Under the pieces are notes generated by a model that made no database searches, was not told where the DNA came from, and saw nothing but the letters and a program-made list of their open reading frames with translations. Positions 48,068 to 59,439 of a stretch of 64,000 nucleotides of DNA are shown here, one piece after another. Each line of letters opens with the position of its first letter. Within the stretch, counting starts at the first letter, position 1. Origin of the DNA: Mytilus californianus (lineage: Eukaryota); the NCBI RefSeq assembly GCF_021869535.1, contig NW_026262690.1:186001-250000 (forward strand), read 5' to 3'. The position numbers and the translations under genes are program-made.

Positions 48068-51000
48068 CAAATTAAATGTAGTTTCACAAAAACAATATTG
48101 AAGATATACAAACTTTCCCAGCTAGTATTTGAAGAACACACTTAAATTTACTGAACCATTGATTATTTTCCTTACAAAATTGTATTTTTGATCATATGCA
48201 TCTCAATGATATTCTTTTTCAACAAATAACCTGAAACGGTATCTTTAGTCGTTTTATATAATACCCGTTAAGGTCAGACATTTTACAAATTGCTTGAAAA
48301 TTCATTCATTTAACAAAATGGCTGTAGCAAATATAAGTATGTATAACATTTACAAGACAATAACAATACCTTCGCTTGAATATAACAATACCTTCGCTTG
48401 AATATAACAATACCTTCTCTTGAATATAACTATACCTTCGCTTGAATATAACAATACCTTCGCTTGAATACCTTCGCTTGAATATAACAATACCTTCGCT
48501 TGAATATAACAATACCTTCGCTTGAATATAACAATACCTTCTCTTGAATATAACAATACCTTCTCTTGATTATAACAATACCTTCGCTTGAATATAACAA
48601 TACTTTCGCTTGAATATAACAATACCTTCGCTTGAATAGAACAATACCTTCGCTTGAATAGAACAATTGAAAACACAATTAAATGTTACTGAAACACAAA
48701 TGATGAAACAAACAACAAAGAAAAAAGGGCAGGCTTACAAACGTATAAAATATAAAAAGGTGCAAAAACAAACACAACAGGATAAGAAAACTGACAGACA
48801 TATCAAACAAAAAAAAACAAAGCTTAAAACTAAAATCATTGGCAAGTCAACACAGTCTCTGGTTAACATCGTACATGGGGAAAGGAGATGAAGTGAAATA
48901 ATTCAAGATACCGGAAAAAAGCAGTTACTGAAACCTTGAGCACAGGCTCGGTGCGATATTCGTACTGAAACCTTGAGCACAGGCTCGGTGCGATATTCGT
49001 ACTGAAACCTTGAGCACAGGCTCGGTGCGATATTCGTACTGAAACCTTGAGCACAGGCTCGGTGCGATATTCGTACTGAAACCTTGACCACAGGCTCGGT
49101 GCGATATTCGTACTGAAACCTTGAGCACAGGCTCGGTGCGATATTCGTACTGAAACCTTGAGCACAGGCTCGGTGCGATATTCGTACTGAAACCTTGAGC
49201 ACAGGCTCGGTGCGATATTCGTACTGAAACCTTGAGCACAGGCTCGGTGCGATATTCGTACTGAAACCTTGAGCACAGGCTCGGTGCGATATTCGTACTG
49301 AAACCTTGACCACAGGCTCGGTGCGATATTCGTACTGAAACCTTGACCACAGGCTCGGTGCGATATTCGTACTGAAACCTTGACCACAGGCTCGGTGCGA
49401 TATTCGCTATTCTTTATTAGAGTTACAGTAATTTATCTTAAAGTAAAACATTTAACACGGAGCAAAAAACCTACACCTCGTTGTATGTTCATAATCAATC
49501 CTCACAGTGCCTTGTAATAAATGAATTAAACATGTGTTTTGTTAAGGGTCAATTATTTAACATATGCTTAAGTGAAATAGTGCATCAATAATCATTTCAG
49601 GAGATATTCCTTGAAAAGACCCAGCCCACTAAGCAAATGATAGACACAGCTCAGGTAAATATCAAAATTTAATGATTATGATGTGTATCAAATGTAGAGA
49701 TATATAGCTTATCAGGAATAATACGGTTTATCTCATTAATTAGATAAACCAATTCTATGAAAGAAATTTGATATATTCCTATTTTCCATAAATGTAACTT
49801 GCATCATTCGGATCCGTTTTTTTTTTTTTTTTTCCCACTAATAACACTCGACACTTTACTCTTACATTGATCTGGCCACCCTTGTTTATTAGTTGAAAGT
49901 TTCAGAATCGTCAAAAACCTACGCCAGCAATCTAATTTAAATATAGACCTCTGACAATCTAATTAAAATATAGACCTCTGATTTCATTAGCCTCATTAGA
50001 CCTCTGATTTTATTATCCTCATTATTATCCTCATTATGAAATCAAAGGTCTATATTCTAATTAGATTGTTACGCCATCGGTATTTCATTAAAATATGAAA
50101 CCACCGAAAAGACATCGTAATCCTTAAAGAAGGCCATTTACAAAGAAAAATCAATCAATCTGCAAATAAATTTCAATTATCTTTAAATAATTAAAGTCTC
50201 CTTTACGGATTAATTCATTTTTATTGCGGATATCCATCGATGTAATATTTTACTAAGACCTGTACAATTTGAAGTACCGATGGAGAGCGTAAACTGGGTT
50301 AGTACAGCCAAATCTTGTACTTGCAACAGGTAAAGCTTGGGGAGTTTGTGGTTGGTGTGGTCTATCGTATCTCTTTGTTAATTCTGTAAAGCTTGGGGAG
50401 TTTGTGGTTGGTGTGGTCTATCGTACCGCTTTGTTAATTCTGTAAAGCTTGGGGAGTTTGTGGTTAGTGTGGTCTATCGAATCGCTTTGTTAATTCTGGA
50501 AAGCTTGGGGAGTTTGTGGTTGGTGTGATCTATCGTATTGCTAAGCTTGAGGAGTTTGTGGTTGGTGTGGTCTATCGTATCACTTTGTTAATTCTGTAAA
50601 GCTTGGGGAGTTTGTGGTTGGTGTGGTCTATCGTATTGCTTTGTTAATTCTGTAAAGCTTGGGGAGTTTGTGGTTGGTGTGGTCTATCGATCGTATCGCT
50701 AAGCTTGGGGAGTTTGTGGTTGGTGTGGTCTATCATATCACTTTGTTAATTCTGTAAAGCTTGGGGAATTTGTGGTTGGTGTGGTCTATCGTATCGCTAA
50801 GCTTGGGGAGTTTGTGGTTGGTGTGGTCTATCGTATCGCTAAGCTTGGGGAGTTTGTGGTTGGTGTGGTCTATCGTATCGCTTTGTTAATTCTGTAAAGC
50901 TTGGGGAGTTTGTGGTTGGTGTGGTCTATCGTATCGCTAAGCTTGGGGAGTTTGTGGTTGGTGTGGTTTATCGTACCGCTTTGTTAATTCTGCAAAGCTT

Positions 51001-51673
51001 GAGGAGTTTGTGGTTGGTGTGGTCTATCGTATCGCTTTGTTAATTCTGTAAAGCTTGGTGAGTTTGTGGTTGGTGTGGTCTATCGTATCGCTAAGCTTGG
51101 GGAGTTTGTGGTTGGTGTGGTCTATCGTATCGCTTTGTTAATTCTGTAAAGCTTGGTGAGTTTTTGGTTGATGTGGTCTATCGTATCGCTAAGCTTGGAG
51201 AGTTTGTGGTTGGTGTGGTTTATCGTACCGCTTTGTTAATTCTGTAAAGCTTGAGGAGTTTGTGGTTGGTGTGGTCTATCGTATCTCTTTGTTAATTCTG
51301 TTAATTTTTTTGTAAATCTGATTAACTGTAAATGTTTTGTAGTCGGTAATAAATGAAAAATATTAGCTCTGGTGATGGGGAAAAAGAGGTAACAGCTAAA
51401 TATAAGGGTAGGATACTGACGAACGTATATGTATTTCATGTCTTCGCGGAGATATACAGAGTGGACGCCATATTCCATTTTTCAATAATATTCAAATGTA
51501 TTCATATTGGAGCAGTTCATTGTTTCTTATCAACTTTGATTTTGCATTTTGGTTTTTCTCAGAAAAGTTTTATTTTTCAGCTAGGACAACTGGTTGTGTT
51601 TTTATGTTCCTATGGAGGAGCCAGTATGACTGGATCTGTTCTTACTATGGATGGAGGATATACTGCTCAGTAA
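35116..51673 (+). CDS. bdhA: Classical SDR, bacterial-type D-3-hydroxybutyrate dehydrogenase-like, 8 exons, 257 aa, intact
   Basis: Exons 35116-35267, 36430-36542, 37461-37583, 41024-41127, 43012-43084, 45690-45751, 49601-49654, 51581-51673 (774 nt; all phases match; no stops). Motifs [37 protein letters not shown]-terminal MDGGYTAQ*. The symbol indicates family resemblance, not proven activity. Confidence 0.92.
35355..36310. repeat. 38-40-bp minisatellite in intron 1
   Basis: Unit ctctctaaaggttatttccttatagaagtatgtgattgtg, ~24 copies. Confidence 0.95.
36430..36542 (+). CDS. SDR exon 2
   Basis: ttcag| [12 protein letters not shown]...GIDILVNNA |gtaatc. Confidence 0.92.
37461..37583 (+). CDS. 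SDR exon 3
   Basis: attag| [27 protein letters not shown]...KMKKK |gtaagt. Confidence 0.92.
38050..39130. repeat. 44-45-bp minisatellite in intron 3
   Basis: Unit gatccatctttttggtcattcaccattgttgttggccttttttgt; explains the 15-aa periodic ORFs. Confidence 0.95.
39310..40120. repeat. 83-bp minisatellite in intron 3
   Basis: Unit tattgatgtctaaatgcctgtatattgttgttggattgttgtttcattgacatattggacactttgtattaattaaagccgta, ~9.5 copies. A further partial unit lies at ~40905-40950. Confidence 0.93.
40124..40647 (-). mobile_element. Non-coding copy of the Penelope-like element 3' region
   Basis: Closely matches 43609-44153 over ~520 bp (gccaatgagacaac, aaacgacaaccactgaaacaggttcctgacttagg, gacaactataaccttggacaaaatggcg). 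Confidence 0.85.
41024..41127 (+). CDS. SDR exon 4 (catalytic S and YxxxK; GC donor)
   Basis: tacag| [34 protein letters not shown] |gcaaga. Confidence 0.92.
41760..42860. repeat. ~40-bp degenerate minisatellite in intron 4, split by a ~380-bp insertion
   Basis: Unit aatgtctaaccaccgcactatctccgatacaggtcacata. Stops at ~42297 and resumes at ~42680. Confidence 0.88.
42305..42439. mobile_element. ~66-bp-arm palindrome at the left end of an inserted non-autonomous element (possibly Crypton-type)
   Basis: ttattgactggg...caactattgccctgaggc-gta-gccgagggcaatagttg...ccagtcagtaa; about 80% arm complementarity by eye. Confidence 0.65.
43012..43084 (+). CDS. SDR exon 5
   Basis: cacag| [24 protein letters not shown] |gtaagt. 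Confidence 0.93.
43308..43436. repeat. 25-bp minisatellite (~5 copies)
   Basis: Unit ctgttactgtcacactgagtgtttt. Confidence 0.9.
43609..45145 (-). mobile_element. 5'-truncated Penelope-like retroelement (RT core to C-terminus plus ~730-bp 3' non-coding region), antisense in intron 5
   Basis: Minus strand: [25 protein letters not shown] (45120-45040), [12 protein letters not shown] (YLDD at 44960-44971), [59 protein letters not shown], ending at 44337. Few stops or frameshifts. Resembles Naiad-type PLEs (inference). Confidence 0.88.
45690..45751 (+). CDS. SDR exon 6
   Basis: ttcag| [20 protein letters not shown] |gtatat. Confidence 0.9.
46275..46625. repeat. 45-bp minisatellite (~8 copies) in intron 6
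   Basis: Unit tcaactgacaaaatatcgttgctctgggatttgtagttgtttaca. Confidence 0.93.
48039..48066. repeat. (GA)14 microsatellite
   Basis: Direct reading. Confidence 0.95.
48355..48665. repeat. 22-bp minisatellite (~14 copies)
   Basis: Unit aacaataccttcgcttgaatat. Confidence 0.93.
48926..49406. repeat. 37-bp minisatellite, 13 near-identical copies
   Basis: Unit tactgaaaccttgagcacaggctcggtgcgatattcg; 481 bp = 13 x 37; the only variant is gagc/gacc. Confidence 0.97.
49601..49654 (+). CDS. SDR exon 7
   Basis: tttcag| [18 protein letters not shown] |gtaaat. Confidence 0.9.
49956..50067. repeat. Small foldback, 32-bp inverted arms
   Basis: aatctaattaaaatatagacctctgatttcat (49956-49987) vs atgaaatcaaaggtctatattctaattagatt (50036-50067). 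Confidence 0.75.
50333..51300. repeat. Minisatellite with interspersed 42-bp and 56-bp units in intron 7
   Basis: aagcttggggagtttgtggttggtgtggtctatcgtatcgct with or without ttgttaattctgta. Confidence 0.93.
51581..51673 (+). CDS. SDR exon 8 (terminal)
   Basis: tttttcag| [30 protein letters not shown]. Confidence 0.93.
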   Translation, partial: LGQLVVFLCSYGGASMTGSVLTMDGGYTAQ

Positions 51674-51730
51674 TACTAAAACTGATACATCACCAATGAG
51701 TGTTTCGTCCCAGTCACAGCAAAATTATGA

Positions 51731-51736
51731 AATAAA
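51731..51736 (+). terminator. Candidate polyadenylation signal of the SDR gene
   Basis: AATAAA 58 nt after the stop codon. Confidence 0.45.
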
Positions 51737-51867
51737 ATACATTTATACATAAGACGATACGATTCTTTGTATTTAAAAAAAAAAAACATATACGTAAAAT
51801 AATTAGGAAATTCCTATATATGGTGTTAGTAACCACCACAAAACATTAAGCTCATTAAAAGCCCACA

Positions 51868-52520
51868 CCACTATTCCTTCTTACTTAACATGCGACATTC
51901 CTCACACCACCACTCATTCTTACTTAACATGTGAAATTCCTCACACCACCACCCATTCTTACTTAACATGTGAAATTCCTCACACCACCACTCATTCTAA
52001 CTTAACATGTGAAATTCCTCACACCACCACTCATTCTTACTTAACATGTGAAATTCCCCATACCACCACTCATTCTTACTTAACATGCGACATTCCTCAC
52101 ACCACCACTCATTCTTACTTAACATGTGAAATTCCTCACACCACCACTCATTCTTACTTAACATGCGACATTCCTCACACCACCACTCATTCTTACTTAA
52201 CATGCGACATTCCTCACACCACCACTCATTCTTACTTAACATGCGACATTCCTCACACCACCACTCATTCTTACTTAACATGTGAAATTCCTCACACCAC
52301 CACTCATTCTTACTTAACATGTGAAATTCCTCACACCACCACTCATTCTTACTTAACATGTGAAATTCCTCACACCACCACTCATTCTTACTTAACATGT
52401 GAAATTCCTCACACCACCACTCATTCTTACTTAACATGTGAAATTCCTCACACCAACACTCATTCTTACTTAACATGCGACATTCCCCACACCACCACTC
52501 ATTTTTACTTAACATGCGAA
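51868..52520. repeat. 39-bp minisatellite (~16 copies)
   Basis: Unit ttcctcacaccaccactcattcttacttaacatgtgaaa, with a gcgaca variant. Confidence 0.95.
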
Positions 52521-52789
52521 ATTCTCCTTACTATCGCATTAGTGTTTTCATTTCAAGTTACTATTTTTTGTTGACGTACTTAATTTAGAGAATTTTCGAT
52601 AAATATTGTTATGACGAACAAAATGATCTACTTTGGTAAATTGAATCATTCCAAACATTGTCTTAGTATGTGAGTAGATTATCATGAGAACATAAGACCA
52701 TGAATAGATATCAGCAAGTTTGAGCTAGTAACTGCTAGCATTATTTGACACAGTATTATTTACATTAATTTACTAATACCTGTGTTTTT

Positions 52790-53990
52790 TTGTCTATTAT
52801 ACCAGTAGACTTATCATTGATTTACTTATACCTTTGGATTTGTTGTCTATTACACCGGTTGATTTATCGTTAATTTACTTATACCTGTGTTTTTGTTGCC
52901 TATCATACCGGTTGATTTATCGTTAATTTACTTATATCTGTGTTTTTGTTGCCTATTTTACCGTCTTGTGTGGACGAAACGCGCGTCTTGCGTATCTGTC
53001 CTACATGTTCTCCCATTTATTTGTATTGTAGTCTTGTCATGTAATGTTGTCATTTTAATGTTATATTTAACATTGCCATAAAAGGGGGAGGTTTGGCTAG
53101 CCACAAAACCAGGTTCAACCCACCATTTTTTTCTTAAAAATGTCCTGTACCAATTCAGGAAAATGGCAATTGTTATCGTATAGTTTGTTTCTGCGTGTGT
53201 TGCATTGTCGTTTGTTGTTTGTTCATTTCAGTGTTTCTGTTGTTTCGTTGTCCAAATGTACTATATTGTATTGTTTAATTGCGTAATTCTCTGTCCGTAA
53301 TGTTGTACTGTATTCATGTCATGTAATGGTGTCATTTTAGTGTTATATTTAACATTGCCATAAAAGTGCGAGGTTTGGCTAGCCACAAAACCAGGTTCAA
53401 CCCACCATTTTTTTCTTAAAATGTCCTGTACCAAGTCAAGAAAATGACCATCCTTATATTATAGTTCGTTTCTGTGTGTGTTACATTTTAATGTTGTGTT
53501 TTGTCGTAGTTCTCCTCTTATATTTAATGTGTTTCCCTCAGTTTTAGTTTGTAACCCGGATTGGTTTTTTCTCAATCGATTTATGAATTTCGAACAGCGG
53601 TATACTACTGTTGCCTTTATTTATCGTTTAACCTGTGTTTTTGTTGCCTATTATACTGTTGGATTTATCGTTGATTTACTCGTACCTGTGTTTTTGTTGT
53701 CTATCATACCGTCTGATTTATCGTTAATTTACTTATACCTGTGTTTTGTTGCCTATAATATACCGGCTGATTTATCGTTGATTTACTTATACCTGTGTTT
53801 TTGTTGCCTATTATACTGGTTGATTTATCGTTGATTTACTCATACCTGTGTTTTTGTTGTCTATCATACCGTCTGATTTATCGTTAATTTACTTGTACCT
53901 GTGTTCTGTTTGTTATTTTCCGGGAAATATATTGTTGATTTACTTAAACCTGTGTTTCTGTTGTCTAATATATCGGTTGATTTATTGCGT
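52790..53990. repeat. ~53-bp minisatellite split by an inserted element (arms 52790-52960 and 53620-53990)
   Basis: Unit ttgatttatcgttaatttacttatacctgtgtttttgttgcctatcataccgg on both sides of 52961-53620. Confidence 0.85.
52961..53620 (+). mobile_element. Non-coding retroelement terminal region with a truncated hammerhead-like motif and an internal ~135-bp direct repeat (PLE/retrozyme-like)
   Basis: gtc-ttgtgtg-gac-GAAAC-gcgc-GTC at 52963-52987. Repeat 53035-53167 / 53317-53449. The 3' end gaacagcggtatactactgttgcctttattt recurs inverted at 60319-60400. Confidence 0.6.
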
Positions 53991-54489
53991 CGCTGGGGGT
54001 TGCTATCTCATTGATGTACACCAAACATCTTCTTTTCTTCGTTTTCAAACGACGTCACACGGTTCAGTGGAACAGTAAATTTTAAAACTCACAGCATCAA
54101 TTTTATATGACATTGTAATCAAAGCAATCAACAGCGTGACAGTCTGATATTAATTATCCACAAAGCAGTCATCCGGAATCGTATTTAATGTTTTTTCAGT
54201 CATTTCAATACATAATTTGGTATATGAATAATTTGCAAGCTAATTTATGTTTAAAGAATAGATAGTCTGTATACAATATACAAATTAACAGAAGATCTAG
54301 AGATAACTAATACTTTAGAACTAGAGAAATGATACAGCAAATACAAGAAAAGGCATAAAACACTCATCGTAATACGGAAACATCTCCAATCTGTTCTTTG
54401 CTATTAATAAACTAACTTTCCAAAGTTTTGAATTAAAGGAACAACAAGGTTCGCTTGGTGCAAACCGTATACGACGTAAGAACAGACAA

Positions 54490-57400
54490 CCCCATCATCA
54501 ACAGATAAGAACTATAGATCTGGGGAAAAGCAGTTAGCTCCGTCATTTACAAATACGAGTTATAGATCGAGGAAAAGGCAGATATCTCCATTATCAATAG
54601 ATTAAATTAAAGGAACCACAAGGTTCGTCTGGTACAAATCGAGGGACTGAATTATTCGGGTTACATCAATAGATACAAAATATAGATCGGAGTAAAGGCA
54701 GATAACTCTATTATCAACATATACAAGATATTGATCGAGGTAACGGCAGATAACTCCATTATCAACATATACAAGATATTGATCGAGGTAACAGCAGAAA
54801 ACCCGATCATTAACAAATACGAACTATTATAGATCGAGGTAACGGAAGAAAACCCCATCATTAACAAATACGAACTATTATAGATCGAGGTAACGGCAGA
54901 ATACCCCATCATTAACAAATACGAACTATTATAGATCGAGGTAACGGCAGAATACCCCATCATTAACAAATACGAACTGTTATAGATCGAGATAACGGAA
55001 GAAAACCCCATCATTAACAAATACGAACTAATATAGATCGAGGTAACGGCAGAATACCCCATCATTAACAAATACGAACTATTATAGATCGAGGTAACGG
55101 CAGAAAACCCCATCATTAACGAATACGAACTATTATAGATCGAGGTAACGGCAGAAAACCCCATCATTAACAAATACGAACTGTTATAGATCGAGGTAAC
55201 GGCAGAATACCCCATCATTAACAAATACGAACTGTTATAGATCGAGGTAACGGCAGAATACCCCATCATTAACAAATACGAACTGTTATAGATCGAGGTA
55301 ACGGCAGAATACCCCATCATTAACAAATACGAACTATTATAGATCGAGGTAACGGCAGAATATCCCATCATTAACAAATACGAACTATTATAGATCGAGG
55401 TAACGGCAGAATACCCCATCATTAACAAATACGAACTATTATAGATCGAGGTAACGGCAGAATACCCTATCAGTAACGGCAGAAAACCCGATCATTAACA
55501 AATACGAACTGTTATAGATCGAGGTAACGGCAGAAAACCCCACCATTAACAAATACGAACTGTTATAGATCGAGGTAACGGCAGAAAACCCCACCATTAA
55601 CAATTACGAACTGTTATAGATCGAGGTAACGGCAAAATACCCCACCATTAACAAATACGAACTGTTATAGATCGAGGTAACGGCAGAATACCCCACCATT
55701 AACAAATACGAACTGTTATAGATCGAGGTAACGGCAGAATACCCCACCATTAACAAATACGAACTGTTATAGATCGAGGTAACGGCAGAATACCCCACCA
55801 TTAACAAATACGAACTGTTATAGATCGAGGTAACGGCAGAAAACCCCATCATTAACAAATACAAACTGTTATAGATCGAGGTAACGGCAGAATACCCCAT
55901 CATTAACAAATACGAACTGTTATAGATCGAAGTAACGGAAGAATACCCCATCATTAACAAATACGAACTGTTATAGATCGAGGTAACGGCAGAAAACCCG
56001 ATCATTAACAAATACGAACTGTTATAGATCGAGGTAACGGCAGAAAACCCGATCATTAACAAATACGAACTGTTATAGATCGAGGTTATAGATCGAGGAA
56101 ACGGCAGAATACCCCATCATTAACAAATACGAACTATTATAGATCGAGGTAACGGCAGAATACCCCATCATTAACAAATACGAACTGTTATAGATCGAGG
56201 TAACAGCAGAATACCCCCTCATTAACAAATACGAACTGTTATAGATCGAGGTAACGGCAGAATACCCCATCATTAACAAATACGAACTGTTATAGATCGA
56301 GGTAACGGCAGAATACCCCATCATTAACAAATACGAACTGTTATAGATCGAGGTATCGGCAGAATATCCCATCATTAACAAATACGAACTATTATAGATC
56401 GAAGTAACGGCAGAATACCCGATCATTAACAAATACGAACTGTTATAGATTGAGGTAACGGCAGAAAACCCGATCATTAACAAATACGAACTGTTATAGA
56501 TCGAGGTAACGGCAGAAAACCCGATCATTAACAAATACGAACTGTTATAGATCGAGGTTACGGCAGAAAACCCGATCATTAACAAATACGAACTGTTATA
56601 GATCGAGGTAACGGCAGAAAACCCGATCATTAACAAATACGAACTGTTATAGATCGAGGTAACGGCAGAAAACCCGATCATTAACAAATACGAACTGTTA
56701 TAGATCGAGGTTATAGATCGAGGAAACGGCAGAATACCCCATCATTAACAAATACGAATTATTATAGATCGAGGTAACGGCAGAATACCCCATCATTAAC
56801 AAATACGAACTGTTATAGATCGAGGTAACAGCAGAATACCCCCTCATTAACAAATACGAACTGTTATAGATCGAGGTAACGGCAGAATACCCCATCATTA
56901 ACAAATACGAACTGTTATAGATCGAGGTAACGGCAGAATACCCCATCATTAACAAATACGAACTGTTATAGATCGAGGTAACGGCAGAATATCCCATCAT
57001 TAACAAATACGAACTATTATAGATCGAGGTAACGGCAGAATACCCGATCATTAACAAATACGAACTGTTATAGATCGAGGTAACGGCAGAAAACCCGATC
57101 ATTAACAAATACGAACTGTTATAGATCGAGGTAACGGCAGAAAACCCGATCATTAACAAATACGAACTGTTATAGATCGAGGTTACGGCAGAAAACCCGA
57201 TCATTAACAAATACGAACTGTTATAGATCGAGGTAACGGCAGAAAACCCGATCATTAACAAATACGAACTGTTATAGATCGAGGTGACGGCAGAAAACCC
57301 GATCATTAACAAATACGAACTGTTATAGATCGAGGTAACGGCAGAATACCCGATCATTAACAAATACGAACTATAATAGATCGAGGTAACGGCAGAATAC

Positions 57401-57500
57401 CCCATCATTAACAAATACGAACTATTATAGATCGAGGTAACGGCAGAATACCCCATCATTAACAAATACGAACTATTATAGATCGAGGTAAAGGCAAATA
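54490..57500. repeat. 51-bp minisatellite, ~58 units
   Basis: Unit gttatagatcgaggtaacggcagaataccccatcattaacaaatacgaact; explains the 17-aa periodic minus-strand ORFs. Confidence 0.97.
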
Positions 57501-58329
57501 ACTTCAATATTCACAGACACGAACCACTCTTCATTTGCATGAAGTACCATTATGATTAAATGACGTCGTTAATTAGGTTGAGGAGACTTTTTATACATAC
57601 CTTTTTAAAATCCTGACGACTGGTATTGTAACGAATCGGTTGACTTTTACTTTGAGTTTCAAGCGCTCGCTATTTTGGACTATTCAGCATAAATATGTCA
57701 CTTTTAACAATCTTGATATTATCCCCATAACCAGTCATTAAGTGTTTTGTTATACCGAAAACAGATATGAGATTCATTATCTGTAATCACAAATGTGCGT
57801 TTTCTCAGTCCTTGTGTTATTTATGAGTACAGAAATCCTTGTGTTAAAACTTTCCTGCGTATAATTTTTATTAATATAAAAATATATTATCGTATGCCAA
57901 AGTTTTTTTGATATGTTTGACTTTCTAAACTTTTGTGTCGATCGTATTTGATGAAAATAACATCAATGACACGTGACGTGCGCTCAGTTCTGATTCTATT
58001 GTACCATTAGTCCCTGAGGGTACAATCAACCCAGTAACTAATGAGTACTGGGGTGATTCAAATTAAGAATTTTGTTTGTTAATTTCCATTTCTATTGTTC
58101 TCAAAGCTTTAAGATTGGAGTTCGAACTTCTTCATACATAATTCTTCTTCCTTTAAAGTGAAGCACCTCATCGAACAGTGTATGTACATGTTCGATGTTA
58201 AACGTTGATGTGTTAATAATAGCAGCTTATCAATAGTGCAATTGTACTCCTTTGAAATAAGACTTGATCTCTTGCACACCCCTCCGGAATAACTGAATGG
58301 TTGTTAAACTCACTAGCTATGGTTGCAGT

Positions 58330-58880
58330 CCATTCCAGATTCTTTTGGTGTCTGCATGGGGAAACAAGTGATGATTCTCTTAGGTCCTTTCAAAGGAACA
58401 GGAACTCGTTCTTGAAAGCCTCTTGCTCTTTATATAACTAGCTATTTGTAGTTGGTATAGCAACCAACCCACGTACTACTCTATAAACCATGTTGACTTT
58501 ACATTGTACCCTCTCCTTTCCTGTAATGATGTCCAATCTAGTGTTTGTATCATTGATAATAAGCTACGAGTTTTTGTATTAGCAGTTAGGACGACGACGG
58601 ATATTGGCGTTGTATAGCTTCAAGTATATAATTGTACTTGATTTACATGCAGGTTCATATAGGGTATTTGAGTATTCAATGATTGGTTGTTCTTCTAATA
58701 CTGTAATGTTCTACTGTATATAAGAATCGCTAGCATGGAATCTTGTGGAAGGCCTTTGAGAAATCTAATAGTATAAGATATATGTGTTCCTTGTTGTCGA
58801 TGTTTTTTGAAAGGGTATGTATTGTGAGTATTGGTTGGGAGATACGAGATCTCACTTTTCTAATCCACAATGATCCTCAG
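58330..58880 (-). mobile_element. Decayed non-LTR retrotransposon RT fragment, internally deleted
   Basis: Minus strand ILLDFSKAFHKIP..EHYSIR (cf. LDFSKAFDKV motif) at ~58790-58700 and MVYRVVRGLVAIP near 58490. Many stops. Confidence 0.65.
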
Positions 58881-59439
58881 TCAAGATGGATTGGTTTGTT
58901 TCATGATGCTACTACAGGTCACGTGATCTAGTGCTTTACATACGAAAGTAGTTATTGAGATAGGGATATAGTTTGCTTTATGCCTGGCTACGATCCCTTA
59001 TAGTGTAAACATATTTTATTAATTAAATTCAAGTTAAATAATATACACAATATTGCATTAACATATTAATACAATTAATATAACTGAATAATTAATATGA
59101 TCAGGAAACAAGTTTTTAATATACATTAATCTGTTTCCTAATACAAATAAGAACATTTCATATGTGTAATACTTAAGAAGTAGTAAAATTAAATAATGAA
59201 TACTCTAAATGGAAAACAAACAAAACATATAATAATGTTGTAAACACAAGAAGAAGAAAAAAAATCAGATATATATATATCAGAAATACAATAGTGAAGT
59301 GCATGTTTCTGAACGGACACAAGTACTTTAGATATAAATATGCACTGTAAACCTGTTGAACAAGATGTTTGTTATCATATGACAAATATTTTTCTACTGA
59401 GTATGAATGTTTGAACTGCCAAGAATATTTCGATGTTTT

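Noticed and set aside
48926-49406. CRISPR-like array (37-bp palindromic repeat)
   Set aside because: Repeats are contiguous with no spacers, no cas genes are present, and the context is a eukaryotic intron.
35116-51673. Bacterial contamination or recent horizontal transfer of bdhA
   Set aside because: Seven spliceosomal introns, host-like AT-rich codons and embedded host repeats.
38034-57507. Long low-complexity ORFs (e.g. 255 and 269 aa SAVTSIYNSSYLLMMGY; MLSKNEWWCEEFH; [10 protein letters not shown])
   Set aside because: They arise from stop-free minisatellite units. They lie in introns or intergenic DNA, lack splice or start context, and several are open on both strands.
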